DNA of 64,000 bases, from contig CBDUMN010000003.1 in the NCBI GenBank assembly GCA_965368335.1, positions 1,586 through 65,585 on the forward strand, in the 5' to 3' direction. The DNA is from an uncultured Rhodospirillales bacterium (lineage in GTDB: Bacteria > Pseudomonadota > Alphaproteobacteria > Rhodospirillales > JAPHRK01). Of this stretch, positions 9,114 to 18,626 are shown piece by piece. Position 1 is the stretch's first letter; every line of letters starts with the position of its first letter. Both the position numbers and the translations under genes were made by a program. The notes below the pieces were generated by a model that was not told the origin of the DNA, ran no database searches, and was given only the letters and a program-made list of their open reading frames with translations.

Positions 9114-9445
9114 TGCCTGACACCAGCATGACAGCCCAAACCATGTTATCATTGGGACAGGCCCAGGCGACAAAAGCGGCAGGTAACCCGCTTGCTAAGC
9201 GCCCGGCCACGGAAGCCCAGATGGATAAAACGGCCCAGGATTTTGAGGCCATGGTGCTTTCGCAGATGCTGCAACCCATGTTCGAGGGCACAGAAACCGA
9301 AGCGCCGTTTGGCGGCGGACACGCCGAGAAAATGTGGCGTTCGGTCATGATTGACGAAATGGCTAAGGAAATCTCGCGCGGCGGCGGCATCGGCATCGCC
9401 GACACCGTGAAGCGGGAAATGCTCAAAATGCAGGAGATTCGCTAA
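9110..9445 (+). CDS. flgJ: rod-binding protein (single-domain FlgJ/CheL-like, no muramidase domain)
   Basis: Rod_binding pattern FEAMVLSQMLQPMFEG...FGGGHAEKMWRSVMIDEMAKEI. The start overlaps the flgI stop (TGATG; ATG at 9113). Confidence 0.75.
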   Translation: MMPDTSMTAQTMLSLGQAQATKAAGNPLAKRPATEAQMDKTAQDFEAMVLSQMLQPMFEGTETEAPFGGGHAEKMWRSVMIDEMAKEISRGGGIGIADTVKREMLKMQEIR

Positions 9446-9885
9446 TGGATATCAACGACCGGATCACCGACGCCCTGGCGCTTGCCGAGCGACTGATCAA
9501 GCTGATCGACGAAGAAAACGCCCTACTTCGCGACAACGAAACCCACCGGTTAGCCGAAGTCGTGGAAGACAAGGCCAATCTCTCGATGGCCTTCGAAAAG
9601 GCTTACAAAGCCATCAAGAGCGACGAAGAAAACATGAAAAACGCCGATCAGGCACTGCGCGAAGATATGCGAGATGTCACCGAGCGGCTGGATGAAGCGA
9701 TGAAGGAAAATGGACGTCTGCTTGAAGCCGCTATCAAAGCACGGCAGACCTTCCTCAATCTGGTCCGCGAAGCCGCCCAGGAAAACGCACCGAAAACCGG
9801 AGCCTATTCCGCTACAGGCATCGTGGATACGGGCCGTACGGACAAGAAAACGAGAGCTTCGGTCGCCTACGACCAGTCTCTTTAA
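9445..9885 (+). CDS. FlgN-like flagellar chaperone (tentative)
   Basis: 146-aa helical protein (LIKLIDEENALLRDNETHRLAEVVEDKANL) that is translationally coupled (TAATG) and lies immediately upstream of flgK. This is the usual position of the FlgK/FlgL chaperone. Confidence 0.35.
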   Translation: MDINDRITDALALAERLIKLIDEENALLRDNETHRLAEVVEDKANLSMAFEKAYKAIKSDEENMKNADQALREDMRDVTERLDEAMKENGRLLEAAIKARQTFLNLVREAAQENAPKTGAYSATGIVDTGRTDKKTRASVAYDQSL

Positions 9886-9944
9886 ATACCTGACGAATGC
9901 GAACCGCAGAATGCAGAACGCAATGATGAATTGGAGACGTTAAT

Positions 9945-12200
9945 ATGGCTGGAAACCTTACACTTGCGCTCAGAACCGCCCAAAGCGGTCTGCTTGCCAG
10001 TCAGGGCGCGCTCGAGGCGCTGACCAACAACATCGCCAACGTCAACACGCCGGGCTATTCCAAAAAAGTCGTCAACCTGGAGCAGCGGGTGGTGGCCGGC
10101 ACGGGGGCGGGCGTCCAACTCTCCAATATCACCCGACAGGTAGACGAAGGCCTGCTCAAGACCCTGCGACGCGAAACAGCGACGCTGGAACGTCTAGACA
10201 CCATGCAGAGCTACTACGAGCGGGTCCAGGATCTTTTCGGCTCACCGGGGGACAACTCCTCCATCGCCCATATTATGTCGGAATTCACGGCCGCCGTGGA
10301 AAGCCTTGCGCTTTCGCCGGACCGAACGATTGAACAATCGGAGGTGACCCGTTGGGGCGAAGAGATCGGCGCCGAACTCGACGAAATGAGCGACATGGTC
10401 CAGGATTTGCGCCTTCAAGCCGACCGCGCCATTGGAGACTTGGTTGAACGGGTCAATGAACTGGGCAGCCAGATCGAAGACCTCAACAACAAGATCATTC
10501 GCAACGAAACAATCAGTGGCGACGTCACCGATCTCAAGGACAAGCGCGATATGGCGCTCGACGAACTGTCGGGTTACCTCGATATCGTCTATTTCGAGCG
10601 CAACCAGGGCGACGTGGTGGTCTTCACCGGTGGCGGCACCGTGCTCGTCGATAACACGGCACAGACCGTTTATCACACAGCAAGCACCCAAATGACCGCC
10701 TTGAATACCTTTGAAGAAGGGCATTTTAACGGCATCACTGTTGGTTCGACCAGCGCCAATGATATCACCAACGACCTGCAGAATGGCGCTATCAAAGGCC
10801 TGATAGACCTACGCGACAATATTCTGACCGGTATTCAGGCTCAACTGGATGAATTTTCGACAGAGCTACGCGACCAGTTCAACTTAGTTCATAACCGCGG
10901 CACCCCCTTCCCAGGCCTCCAATCGGCCTCCGGGACCAGAACGTTCATCGATTCCGGCGGCGTCGCCGCTCCTGACGGCGCAACCGACCAGACGATCACC
11001 CTCTCAGGCGGCGACGTCACCCTTGCGGTTTTCAATTCAACCGGCGATCAACAGGCGGTGACGACGCTGGGCACCATCATGGACAGCGCCACCTTCGGCT
11101 ATGACGCGGCCAACACTACCGGCCCCTGGACCATGGCCGCGGTCGCCCAAACCATCGAAGACTGGCTACAGGATAGCGCCAACGGAGGCCCCGGCCTGAC
11201 AGGCGCCTCCGTCTCCATCGATTCGGCTGGAAATTTCGCTGTTGAACTCAATGATTCAACGGCCTATCTCGCCTTCCGCGACGAAACGGCGTCGGCCAAC
11301 GGCAGCACGGCTTCCGACGTCACGATCCAATACGACGCCAATGGCGACGGCACGGTAGACGAACATATTGCGGGGTTCTCCAACTTCCTCGGCCTCAACG
11401 ACTTCTTCGTCGATGGCCTGGAAAAAACCACCTACGATTCGGAGACTAAATCCAGCGGTTACACCTTCACCCCGACCGCGAATATCACACTGACCTTCCG
11501 CGATGCCGGAAACACCGAAACGGTGACGCTCAACAGCGGCACCGCATATTCCCTCTCCGACCTGGCCAATGAAATCAACAACAACACGACTTTCATAACA
11601 GCCACGGTCATTCAGGACGGTTCAGGCTATCGCCTTCGCTTGGCAAACGACAATAATGACGCTTTGGTTGTTACCGATAACCAAGGCGTCGGCACAGCCA
11701 ATTCCTTCATGGAAGGTATGGCTTTGGAAGGCTCGCGCGCACGATCATCCAACTTCCTGAACGTACGTTCCGATATCCGCAGCAATTCCGCCCTCATGTC
11801 CCGCGGCCTCCCTCAATGGGATGCCGACAAAAACGCTTCTGGCGAATATTACGCCGCATCGGGTGATGCCAGCATCGCCCAGGCGCTTGCCGAAATTCTT
11901 ACATCCAACACCTCATTTGAAGCCTCTGGCGGGCTACCGGACCAGACCAAGAATTTCCACGAATACGCCAGCGCCATCATTGCCCAGGCGGCTAGCGATT
12001 CAGCCAACAACAGCGGCGACCTGGATACCCAATTGGCATTGAAGAATTCTCTGGAATTGAAATCGAACAACTTCCGGGGCGTCAACCTTGACGAAGAAAT
12101 GTCAGACCTTATCCTGTATCAAGAAGCTTTTTCGGCCGCTGCACGCATCATTGCCGTTGTGCAAGAAATGTTCGACGCGCTTGAACGAGCCGTCGGCTAA
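9945..12200 (+). CDS. flgK: flagellar hook-associated protein 1 FlgK
   Basis: N-terminus LRTAQSGLLASQGALEALTNNIANVNTPGYS and C-terminus DEEMSDLILYQEAFSAAARIIAVVQEMFDAL. 751 aa with a large variable middle. Confidence 0.9.
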   Translation: MAGNLTLALRTAQSGLLASQGALEALTNNIANVNTPGYSKKVVNLEQRVVAGTGAGVQLSNITRQVDEGLLKTLRRETATLERLDTMQSYYERVQDLFGSPGDNSSIAHIMSEFTAAVESLALSPDRTIEQSEVTRWGEEIGAELDEMSDMVQDLRLQADRAIGDLVERVNELGSQIEDLNNKIIRNETISGDVTDLKDKRDMALDELSGYLDIVYFERNQGDVVVFTGGGTVLVDNTAQTVYHTASTQMTALNTFEEGHFNGITVGSTSANDITNDLQNGAIKGLIDLRDNILTGIQAQLDEFSTELRDQFNLVHNRGTPFPGLQSASGTRTFIDSGGVAAPDGATDQTITLSGGDVTLAVFNSTGDQQAVTTLGTIMDSATFGYDAANTTGPWTMAAVAQTIEDWLQDSANGGPGLTGASVSIDSAGNFAVELNDSTAYLAFRDETASANGSTASDVTIQYDANGDGTVDEHIAGFSNFLGLNDFFVDGLEKTTYDSETKSSGYTFTPTANITLTFRDAGNTETVTLNSGTAYSLSDLANEINNNTTFITATVIQDGSGYRLRLANDNNDALVVTDNQGVGTANSFMEGMALEGSRARSSNFLNVRSDIRSNSALMSRGLPQWDADKNASGEYYAASGDASIAQALAEILTSNTSFEASGGLPDQTKNFHEYASAIIAQAASDSANNSGDLDTQLALKNSLELKSNNFRGVNLDEEMSDLILYQEAFSAAARIIAVVQEMFDALERAVG

Positions 12201-12213
12201 GGAGAAACAAGTC

Positions 12214-13752
12214 ATGCCACGCATCGCTGATCTCTCAAGTACGACCTCACTGGTCAACATTCTGCAAAAGACCCAGAACCGGATCTACGACTACCAAATG
12301 CAGGTTTCGACCGAACAGAAGTCGCAGGATTACGCAGGGATCGCCCTTGAAGCCCAACGCCTGATAGGCCTGGAGCACTCCAAGGCATTGGCCGAACGCT
12401 ACATCCGCAATAACGGGGTTCAGGAAACCCGCCTGGAGTATGCCCAATCTGCCCTGACGGCGATGGAAAAAACCATCGATTCCTTCAAGTCCGCATTGGA
12501 CAACTACGCCCAGAACATCAATAAGGACGAAAACGCCGTCAAAGTCGTCCAGACGGCCGCCTACAATGCCTTGAAAAGCCTTGAAGCCGACCTCAACCAG
12601 AAGACGGACGGGCAGTATCTTTTTTCCGGCTCACGCACCAATGTCACTCCTGTCGATTTTGGTCTCAGTTCAATAGACGATTTCCAGGCTACCTGGGATG
12701 GCGAAACCGTCACCTACCCGACAACTCGGGATGCACATCTACAGAATTTCTCGGCCTCGGCAAATACAAGCGGCGACGCCACTTGGCTCTATTTCGACGG
12801 CACCAATGGCCGCATCTACGCCAACGACGGCAGTTTCGACAACCTGACTGCCGGCGCGACTATTACCGTTTCAGGCACAGGTTCCAATGACGGCACCTAC
12901 ACCATCAGTTCCGTCGATGCCGCCAACGACTACATCGAGGTGAATACCGTATCGGTGGCGACTGATCTTGGTGATGCTGGCGTGTCTCTGACATTGCCAG
13001 ACGGTACGAGCCTTAATGCAGCCGATTTCACCAGCATCAACTTTACCGCACCTGATTCCTTGGTTGCTACCGGCGGGGTTTCCCCATTAAGCGGACTTTC
13101 GGTAGGAGATACTTTTACCATTTCAGGGGCTAATACAGCCAGCAACAACGGCACCTACACGGTTGAGTCTAACGATGGAACCAACCTAACCATTCGGTCC
13201 TTAACTCTCTCCGACGAAGGCACCGGGATTGGCACTGAGGATGCGGCAGGCACCATCACCACCAATCCATACTACGCAGGCGATGAGGTCACGCGGACCC
13301 ATCGCATCGACGAAGACCGCACCTTTGAGATGGAACTCACTGCGGCCTATCCGGGCTTTGAAAAGGCCATCCGCGCCATGTTCATTATCTTACAGGGCGA
13401 CTACGGAACGGCAGGCGGCCTCGATAACAATCCATCCCGCGTCGATGACGCCAACTGGCTCCTGGCTGCAGCCAAGTCAGGCCCTACTGACGGCTCTCCA
13501 CCCTACGGAACGGAAGAAATCGGCAACTTCATCAATGCCGGCATGGACGTGGCGCACAACATCGGCTTGATCAAAGCCGCAAACGAACGCTTTCAATCCT
13601 CTATCGGGTTTATCGACAAACACATTATCGGTATCGAAAATATAGATAAAACCATGGCGGTAACGTTGCTGCTGGATGAAGCCCGGGCGCTTGAGACTTC
13701 TTATCAGGCTTTCGCCAAGGTCCGCCAACTCAGCTTGACGAACTTCCTGTAG
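12214..13752 (+). CDS. flgL: flagellar hook-associated protein 3 FlgL (long form, 512 aa)
   Basis: ATG 12214 has GGAG 9 nt upstream, just after the flgK stop. The upstream part of the 12088 ORF merely overlaps flgK. A flagellin-N-like N-terminus (RIADLSSTTSLVNILQKTQNRIYDYQMQVSTEQKSQDYAG) and a flagellin-C-like end are present. Confidence 0.85.
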   Translation: MPRIADLSSTTSLVNILQKTQNRIYDYQMQVSTEQKSQDYAGIALEAQRLIGLEHSKALAERYIRNNGVQETRLEYAQSALTAMEKTIDSFKSALDNYAQNINKDENAVKVVQTAAYNALKSLEADLNQKTDGQYLFSGSRTNVTPVDFGLSSIDDFQATWDGETVTYPTTRDAHLQNFSASANTSGDATWLYFDGTNGRIYANDGSFDNLTAGATITVSGTGSNDGTYTISSVDAANDYIEVNTVSVATDLGDAGVSLTLPDGTSLNAADFTSINFTAPDSLVATGGVSPLSGLSVGDTFTISGANTASNNGTYTVESNDGTNLTIRSLTLSDEGTGIGTEDAAGTITTNPYYAGDEVTRTHRIDEDRTFEMELTAAYPGFEKAIRAMFIILQGDYGTAGGLDNNPSRVDDANWLLAAAKSGPTDGSPPYGTEEIGNFINAGMDVAHNIGLIKAANERFQSSIGFIDKHIIGIENIDKTMAVTLLLDEARALETSYQAFAKVRQLSLTNFL

Positions 13753-15826
13753 TAGGTGAAATCCGCTCCAGCTCCTGCATCGCCGTTCTGCTTTCAAGCA
13801 TCTTAAGCGTAGCGGCAATGGCTTTTTCATGGCCGCGAACGTATGGTGCGATACTCACGTCATCATGGATAATGTGATTGAACAGCCAACTGCAGAGCAT
13901 TCTGCGCATATCGGAAAGAACGGTTTGCGACGGCTCTGTATTCCAGGCCTTGACGAGCTGTAGCAATTCCTCACGCAATGCGTTATGGGTTTGTTTATGC
14001 TGTTCGATATCGGGAAACTCACAGGCTTCCATAATCGCTTCTTCCCGATCGAAATGATAGCCAGCGTAGGCTATTAGTTTTTCAATAATTTTATCGACGC
14101 CCTTATCGTCGGCCGTCATCTGACTAAACCGGTTGACCAGAGCGGCTAAGTGTTTGTGGTCGGCATCAATTTCCGGCACATCAATCAGCAACGAGTCGGT
14201 CCAGATCAGTGTCTCGAGGTTATCCACCGTTGGTATTTCGACCCAGAATGTGCTGCCGTCGCCAACCTCGCTATCGAAGCCAATTCGGCCCGCCATACGC
14301 TCAACCAGCATTTTGGAAACGGTCAATCCGATCCCCGTCCCCTTACGGGTCAACATGGGGTCGGCGCCCAGGCGATGGAACATATTGAAAACCGTATGCC
14401 TGTCTTTTTCAGCAATGCCGATCCCCGTATCGCAGACCGATATTCTGACAAACCCCTTGCGCCCCGATTCGACACGCACCTCAATGCTTCCATTATCTTT
14501 GTTATAGTTGACGGCATTGGATAGTAAATTGAGAAGAATTTGCTTAAGCCGCACCCGGTCAGTTCGCAGATAGGCGAGGTTATTTTTCGGTCTGTGCCGA
14601 ACGATTTTCAGGTTCCGTTCCTTAACAATCGGCGTAACCAACGCCACACAATCGGCGACCAGATGTTCGACCTCAACCTCATCGAGCGATAGAATAATCT
14701 TGTCCGCCTCGATTTTGGAAAGGTCCAAGACTTCGTTAACCAGGGACAGCAAGAGCTTGCCGCCTTCCATAATGTGATCAACGCTTTCCGCCTGCGATGG
14801 CGTCAAAGCCGTCTTCGGATCGTAAAGCAGCATTTCGGCAAATCCGAGAACGGCATTCAGTGGGGTCCGCAATTCATGACTCATGGAAGCAAGAAACTCA
14901 GACTTCGCCTGATTGGCCTGTTCGGCATCAATCAAAGCTCTCCGAAGATCTTCCTCCATATTTTTCATCGTTGTAACGTCAAGATGAATGCCGTTCATAA
15001 GAGCGGGCTTGCCATTACTATCCCGCTTAATCACCTTGCCACGCGCATTGACCCAAACCCAGCCTCCCGCCGCATGCGACTGTCGGTAGATGGCGTCGTA
15101 ATAATCCTTTTTTCCCTTAAAGTACTGCTTAACCTGGTTTTCAACATTAGGCAGGTCGTCGGGATGAATGAGATTTCGCCAGGTTTCAATGGTCGTCGGC
15201 TCCAACTCGGCTCGTGTTTTCCCGACAATCTCCGCCCAACGCTCATTAACCGCCAATACACCAGTCTGGATATTCCATTCCCAATAACCCGCGTTGGTTC
15301 CTTCTAGAATTTCCTTAGCCTTAGTCGCCAAATGAAGGTTGTCGATTTCCGCCTGCACCCTCGGAGCGAAACCCAGGAGAGTGTTCAGCACCTCGTCCAC
15401 ATCACCGATAACATCGTCATGAAGGACAACAAACGCACCAAGCGAGACGCCCCCTTCACCAAACAGAGGAACGGCGACATAGCCCTCCGCTTCCTGTTCT
15501 TCCAACAAATCGTTGGATGGAAAGCTTTTCTGGATATCCGTCGCCTGAGAAAACGGTTTCTGGCCAAAAACTTGCGCACAGGGGGACTGTGCGACGTTGT
15601 AGCTATAATTTTCGAGAAAATCAGTCCCAGACCAGAAAAAAAGAACCCTAACCCGGCTCGAGTCAGCGGGATCGATTTCGCTGATCAATACGCTTTTGAC
15701 ATTGAGTGCCTGGGCAAGCAATCGGCAAATTTCACGCAAAAAATCACGGCCGACCAGCACAGCGGCTTCGGCTGCGATCATCTTGATCTTGCCCTCCCCG
15801 TCGCTAGATAGCGACCCCTCAAACAT
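13730..15826 (-). CDS. cytoplasmic GAF-PAS sensor histidine kinase with C-terminal hemerythrin domain
   Basis: No TM segment. The PAS region is NAGYWEWNIQTGVLAVNERWAEIVG...IHPDD. H-box is SMSHELRTPLNAVLGF. ATPase boxes are NLLSNAVNYN, DTGIGI and GTGIGLTV. The C-terminal ~125 aa carry the hemerythrin His/Glu/Asp ligand pattern (DADHKHL...YHFDREE...HKQTHNAL...WLFNHIIHDD), spanning about nt 13835-14203. Confidence 0.85.
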   Translation of the reverse strand: MFEGSLSSDGEGKIKMIAAEAAVLVGRDFLREICRLLAQALNVKSVLISEIDPADSSRVRVLFFWSGTDFLENYSYNVAQSPCAQVFGQKPFSQATDIQKSFPSNDLLEEQEAEGYVAVPLFGEGGVSLGAFVVLHDDVIGDVDEVLNTLLGFAPRVQAEIDNLHLATKAKEILEGTNAGYWEWNIQTGVLAVNERWAEIVGKTRAELEPTTIETWRNLIHPDDLPNVENQVKQYFKGKKDYYDAIYRQSHAAGGWVWVNARGKVIKRDSNGKPALMNGIHLDVTTMKNMEEDLRRALIDAEQANQAKSEFLASMSHELRTPLNAVLGFAEMLLYDPKTALTPSQAESVDHIMEGGKLLLSLVNEVLDLSKIEADKIILSLDEVEVEHLVADCVALVTPIVKERNLKIVRHRPKNNLAYLRTDRVRLKQILLNLLSNAVNYNKDNGSIEVRVESGRKGFVRISVCDTGIGIAEKDRHTVFNMFHRLGADPMLTRKGTGIGLTVSKMLVERMAGRIGFDSEVGDGSTFWVEIPTVDNLETLIWTDSLLIDVPEIDADHKHLAALVNRFSQMTADDKGVDKIIEKLIAYAGYHFDREEAIMEACEFPDIEQHKQTHNALREELLQLVKAWNTEPSQTVLSDMRRMLCSWLFNHIIHDDVSIAPYVRGHEKAIAATLKMLESRTAMQELERISPTTGSSSS

Positions 15827-15898
15827 TTTTTACACCACCGTCAGAATTAGGTTGGGCACCATACTCAGGCGTCCAAATAAAATACATGACTTCGGTCA

Positions 15899-15956
15899 GG
15901 CTCGCGAGCCCAAAAGTAACGGCAGCTTTATTTCATAAGGACTCTCTTAAGGACTC
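15899..15956. promoter_or_regulatory. candidate operator elements upstream of the glycan operon
   Basis: A perfect 12-bp palindrome GGCTCGCGAGCC (15899-15910) and the direct repeat TAAGGACTC-TCT-TAAGGACTC (15936-15956) lie 58-115 bp upstream of the GTG at 16014. Confidence 0.2.
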
Positions 15957-16013
15957 GGGATCAATACTGTGCGTTGAAATTGGACCGGTTTATTTGCAGG
16001 GATTTGTTCAACC

Positions 16014-17024
16014 GTGAGCGCGCCTAAAAAAGTCATCGTCACCGGAGGGGCTGGGTTTATCGGCAGCCATCTCACCGAACGCCTAATCAATGACGGGCAC
16101 GCGGTTTCGGTGATCGATAATTTTTATATTGGCCGCGAGGAAAACATCGCACATCTGATGGAAACCGGCCGCCTCAACATTCACAAGGCCGATATCGCCG
16201 ATCTGGCAACCATTAAGCCGCTTTTTGAAGGTGTTGATTGGGTTTTTCACCTTGCCGCTATGGCCGATATCGTGCCCTCGATCCAAATGCCCCTGCCATA
16301 CCATAGGGCTAACGTCGATGGCACCATTGCCATTCTCGAAGCAGCCCGAACGGGGGGCGCTAAGCGCTTCGTCTACGCGGCCTCATCTTCCTGCTACGGC
16401 ATTCCAGATGAGTACCCGACCAAGGAAACGGCCGATATACGCCCCATGTACCCCTACGCATTGACCAAATACGTCGGTGAGGAATACGTGCGCCATTGGA
16501 ATCAAACCTATGGCCTGCCGACAGTTTGCCTAAGGCTGTTCAATGTTTATGGGCCACGCGCTCGGACCACAGGCACTTACGGGGCGGTTTTCGGCGTTTT
16601 TCTCGCTCAGAAACTAGCTGGCGAGCCTTTTACCGTCGTCGGAGACGGCAAGCAGACCCGTGACTTCACCTTTGTTACCGATGTTGCAGACGCCTTTGTC
16701 GCTGCCGCCCGGTCCAACCTCGACGGCGAGGTGATGAACGTCGGATCGGACAACACCTATTCGGTCAATCGCTTGGTTGAGCTGCTTGGCGGCGAAGTGA
16801 CCTATATCCCTAAACGCCCCGGCGAACCTGATTGCACCTACGCCGACACCTCACGGATCAAGGAAATGCTCGGCTGGAAGCCTCGGGTAACCTTCGAACA
16901 AGGGGTTTCCGTTATGCTAGAAAACATCGACCATTGGCGCACCGCGCCAGTTTGGACCGTCGATCAGATCGAAGAAGCAACAGCCGACTGGTTCAAATAC
17001 CTAAGCGATGGCGAGTCGTCCTAG
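16014..17024 (+). CDS. NAD-dependent sugar-nucleotide epimerase/dehydratase (extended SDR)
   Basis: GGAGFIGSH Rossmann motif and YALTK catalytic YxxxK. Length and pattern resemble UDP-hexose 4-epimerase or decarboxylase-type SDRs. Confidence 0.85.
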   Translation: MSAPKKVIVTGGAGFIGSHLTERLINDGHAVSVIDNFYIGREENIAHLMETGRLNIHKADIADLATIKPLFEGVDWVFHLAAMADIVPSIQMPLPYHRANVDGTIAILEAARTGGAKRFVYAASSSCYGIPDEYPTKETADIRPMYPYALTKYVGEEYVRHWNQTYGLPTVCLRLFNVYGPRARTTGTYGAVFGVFLAQKLAGEPFTVVGDGKQTRDFTFVTDVADAFVAAARSNLDGEVMNVGSDNTYSVNRLVELLGGEVTYIPKRPGEPDCTYADTSRIKEMLGWKPRVTFEQGVSVMLENIDHWRTAPVWTVDQIEEATADWFKYLSDGESS

Positions 17025-17059
17025 AAAAGGGCGAAACAAATGAGGAGAAGCCTCGCATT

Positions 17060-18616
17060 ATGACTGATAAGGACAATTCTGGCGGCAACCCACTGCTAAA
17101 CAAGCTCAAAACTCTCGAAGAGTTAGGCGTCATTTCCGATAAGGCGCGCAAAGACGGCAAGACCGTGGTGCTCGCACATGGCACATTTGACCTCTTGCAT
17201 ATCGGACATCTTCGGCATTTGCGGCTCGCCAAACGCGAAGGCGATATCCTGATCGTTACCATCACTGCCGACGCTCATGTCAATAAAGGGCCCGGTCGGC
17301 CGGTTTTCGCCGAGCAGATGCGCGCCGAAATGCTAGCCGCCATCGAATGCATCGATTATGTCGGCATCAACGACGGCCCCAAGGCGCTAGAAGTTATTCA
17401 GGCGGTGAAACCCAGCAAATACGTCAAGGGCTCCGACTACAAGAATGCCCAAGACGATGTGACGGGCGGCATCGTCGAAGAACGAGCCGCCGTTGAAGAA
17501 CATGGCGGTGAGTTGGTGTTTACCGACGAAATAACCTTCAGTTCCTCTTCTCTGATCAACCGCCACCTGGCAGTCTTCGATCCGACTCTGGACGAGTATC
17601 TGGAAGCCCAACGTTCAAAAGGTATTCTCGATCAACTCACCGAACTGATCGATAAGGTCAAGAACTACCGTATCCTGATGATTGGCGACGCCATCATTGA
17701 CGATTACGTTTATGTTTCCGCTCTCGGCAAGTCGCCGAAAGAACATATGATCGCCACTCTATTCGAAGACCGGGAGGTTTTTGCAGGCGGCGTTTTCGCA
17801 GCGGCAAACCATGTGGCCGATTTTTGCAAAGAGGTGGAAATCGTCACCACCTTGGGCGAAGGCTGCGAATACGAAAAAATGATCCGAGGCGCGCTACGGC
17901 CCAACGTGACCTTAAATGCTTTTTACCGGGAAAATGCGCCAACCACCCGCAAGACCCGCTTCATCGACCGCTCATATCTGCGCAAGATGTTCGAGGTCTA
18001 CGATATGGATGACACCCCGACAGACGTAACGCTTGAACGTGTCATCGACCGGATGATTTTACAGCGCGCCAGCGATTTCGACATGGTGATCGTTACCGAC
18101 TTCGGCCACGGTCTGATGACGCCCACCATGATCGCTTCACTGGAGCGCACCGCCAAATTCTTAGCCGTCAATACCCAGTCCAACAGCGCCAACCTGGGCT
18201 TCAACCTGATCACCAAGTATCCGCGAACCGACTATATCTGCATTGACGCACCCGAAGCCCGACTGGCTACCGGAGATCGACGCAGCGACATCGAAGACAT
18301 CGCCTCAAGAGCCCTGCCGGAACGTATCAGTTGCCCGAAACTGATCGTTACCCACGGCAAGAACGGCTGCATCGGCTACGAACACAAGTCTCAGGTGGCC
18401 CATGTTCCGGCCTTCACCAAAACAGTGGTCGATACGGTGGGCGCGGGCGACGCCTTTTTCGCCGTCACAGCCCCTCTGGCGGCAGCGGGCGGCAAGGTGG
18501 ATCAATTGGCCTTTATCGGTAATGCCGCCGGAGCAATCAAGGTGGGTATCGTCGGACACCGGAATTCGGTCGAAAAGATATCCGTGCTAAAGTTCCTCAC
18601 CACCCTGCTCAAGTAG
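17060..18616 (+). CDS. bifunctional nucleotidyltransferase (N-terminal) / PfkB-family sugar kinase (C-terminal), a domain-inverted HldE-like enzyme
   Basis: The N-terminal cytidylyltransferase-like HxGH motif (GTFDLLHIGHLRHL) resembles HldE domain II. The C-terminal PfkB/ribokinase signature is DTVGAGDAFFA. ATG 17060 is used because the 16832 ORF start lies inside the previous gene. Confidence 0.8.
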   Translation: MTDKDNSGGNPLLNKLKTLEELGVISDKARKDGKTVVLAHGTFDLLHIGHLRHLRLAKREGDILIVTITADAHVNKGPGRPVFAEQMRAEMLAAIECIDYVGINDGPKALEVIQAVKPSKYVKGSDYKNAQDDVTGGIVEERAAVEEHGGELVFTDEITFSSSSLINRHLAVFDPTLDEYLEAQRSKGILDQLTELIDKVKNYRILMIGDAIIDDYVYVSALGKSPKEHMIATLFEDREVFAGGVFAAANHVADFCKEVEIVTTLGEGCEYEKMIRGALRPNVTLNAFYRENAPTTRKTRFIDRSYLRKMFEVYDMDDTPTDVTLERVIDRMILQRASDFDMVIVTDFGHGLMTPTMIASLERTAKFLAVNTQSNSANLGFNLITKYPRTDYICIDAPEARLATGDRRSDIEDIASRALPERISCPKLIVTHGKNGCIGYEHKSQVAHVPAFTKTVVDTVGAGDAFFAVTAPLAAAGGKVDQLAFIGNAAGAIKVGIVGHRNSVEKISVLKFLTTLLK

Positions 18617-18626
18617 GAGGGGCTGA

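Noticed and set aside
9110-9445. FlgJ lacks a muramidase domain. This was considered as a truncation or pseudogene.
   Set aside because: Single-domain, rod-binding-only FlgJ is the normal state in alphaproteobacteria, where a separate lytic transglycosylase is used. The ORF is intact and translationally coupled on both sides.
12088-12213. 5' extensions offered by the ORF track for flgL (12088), the kinase/NTase gene (16832), the transketolase C-subunit (22650), legB-like (63651), flaF paralogue (47170), B12-rSAM (43007) and rSAM/SPASM (30043).
   Set aside because: The extensions overlap the preceding gene or lack an RBS. Internal ATGs with good Shine-Dalgarno sequences or ATGA/TAATG coupling give N-termini that match the family patterns.
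15981-15998. TGGACC-N7-TTGCA, which looks like a sigma54 promoter just upstream of the glycan operon.
   Set aside because: The GG to GC spacing is 2 bp too long (14 instead of 12), and sigma54 spacing is strict. The element would also sit only ~15 bp from the start codon.
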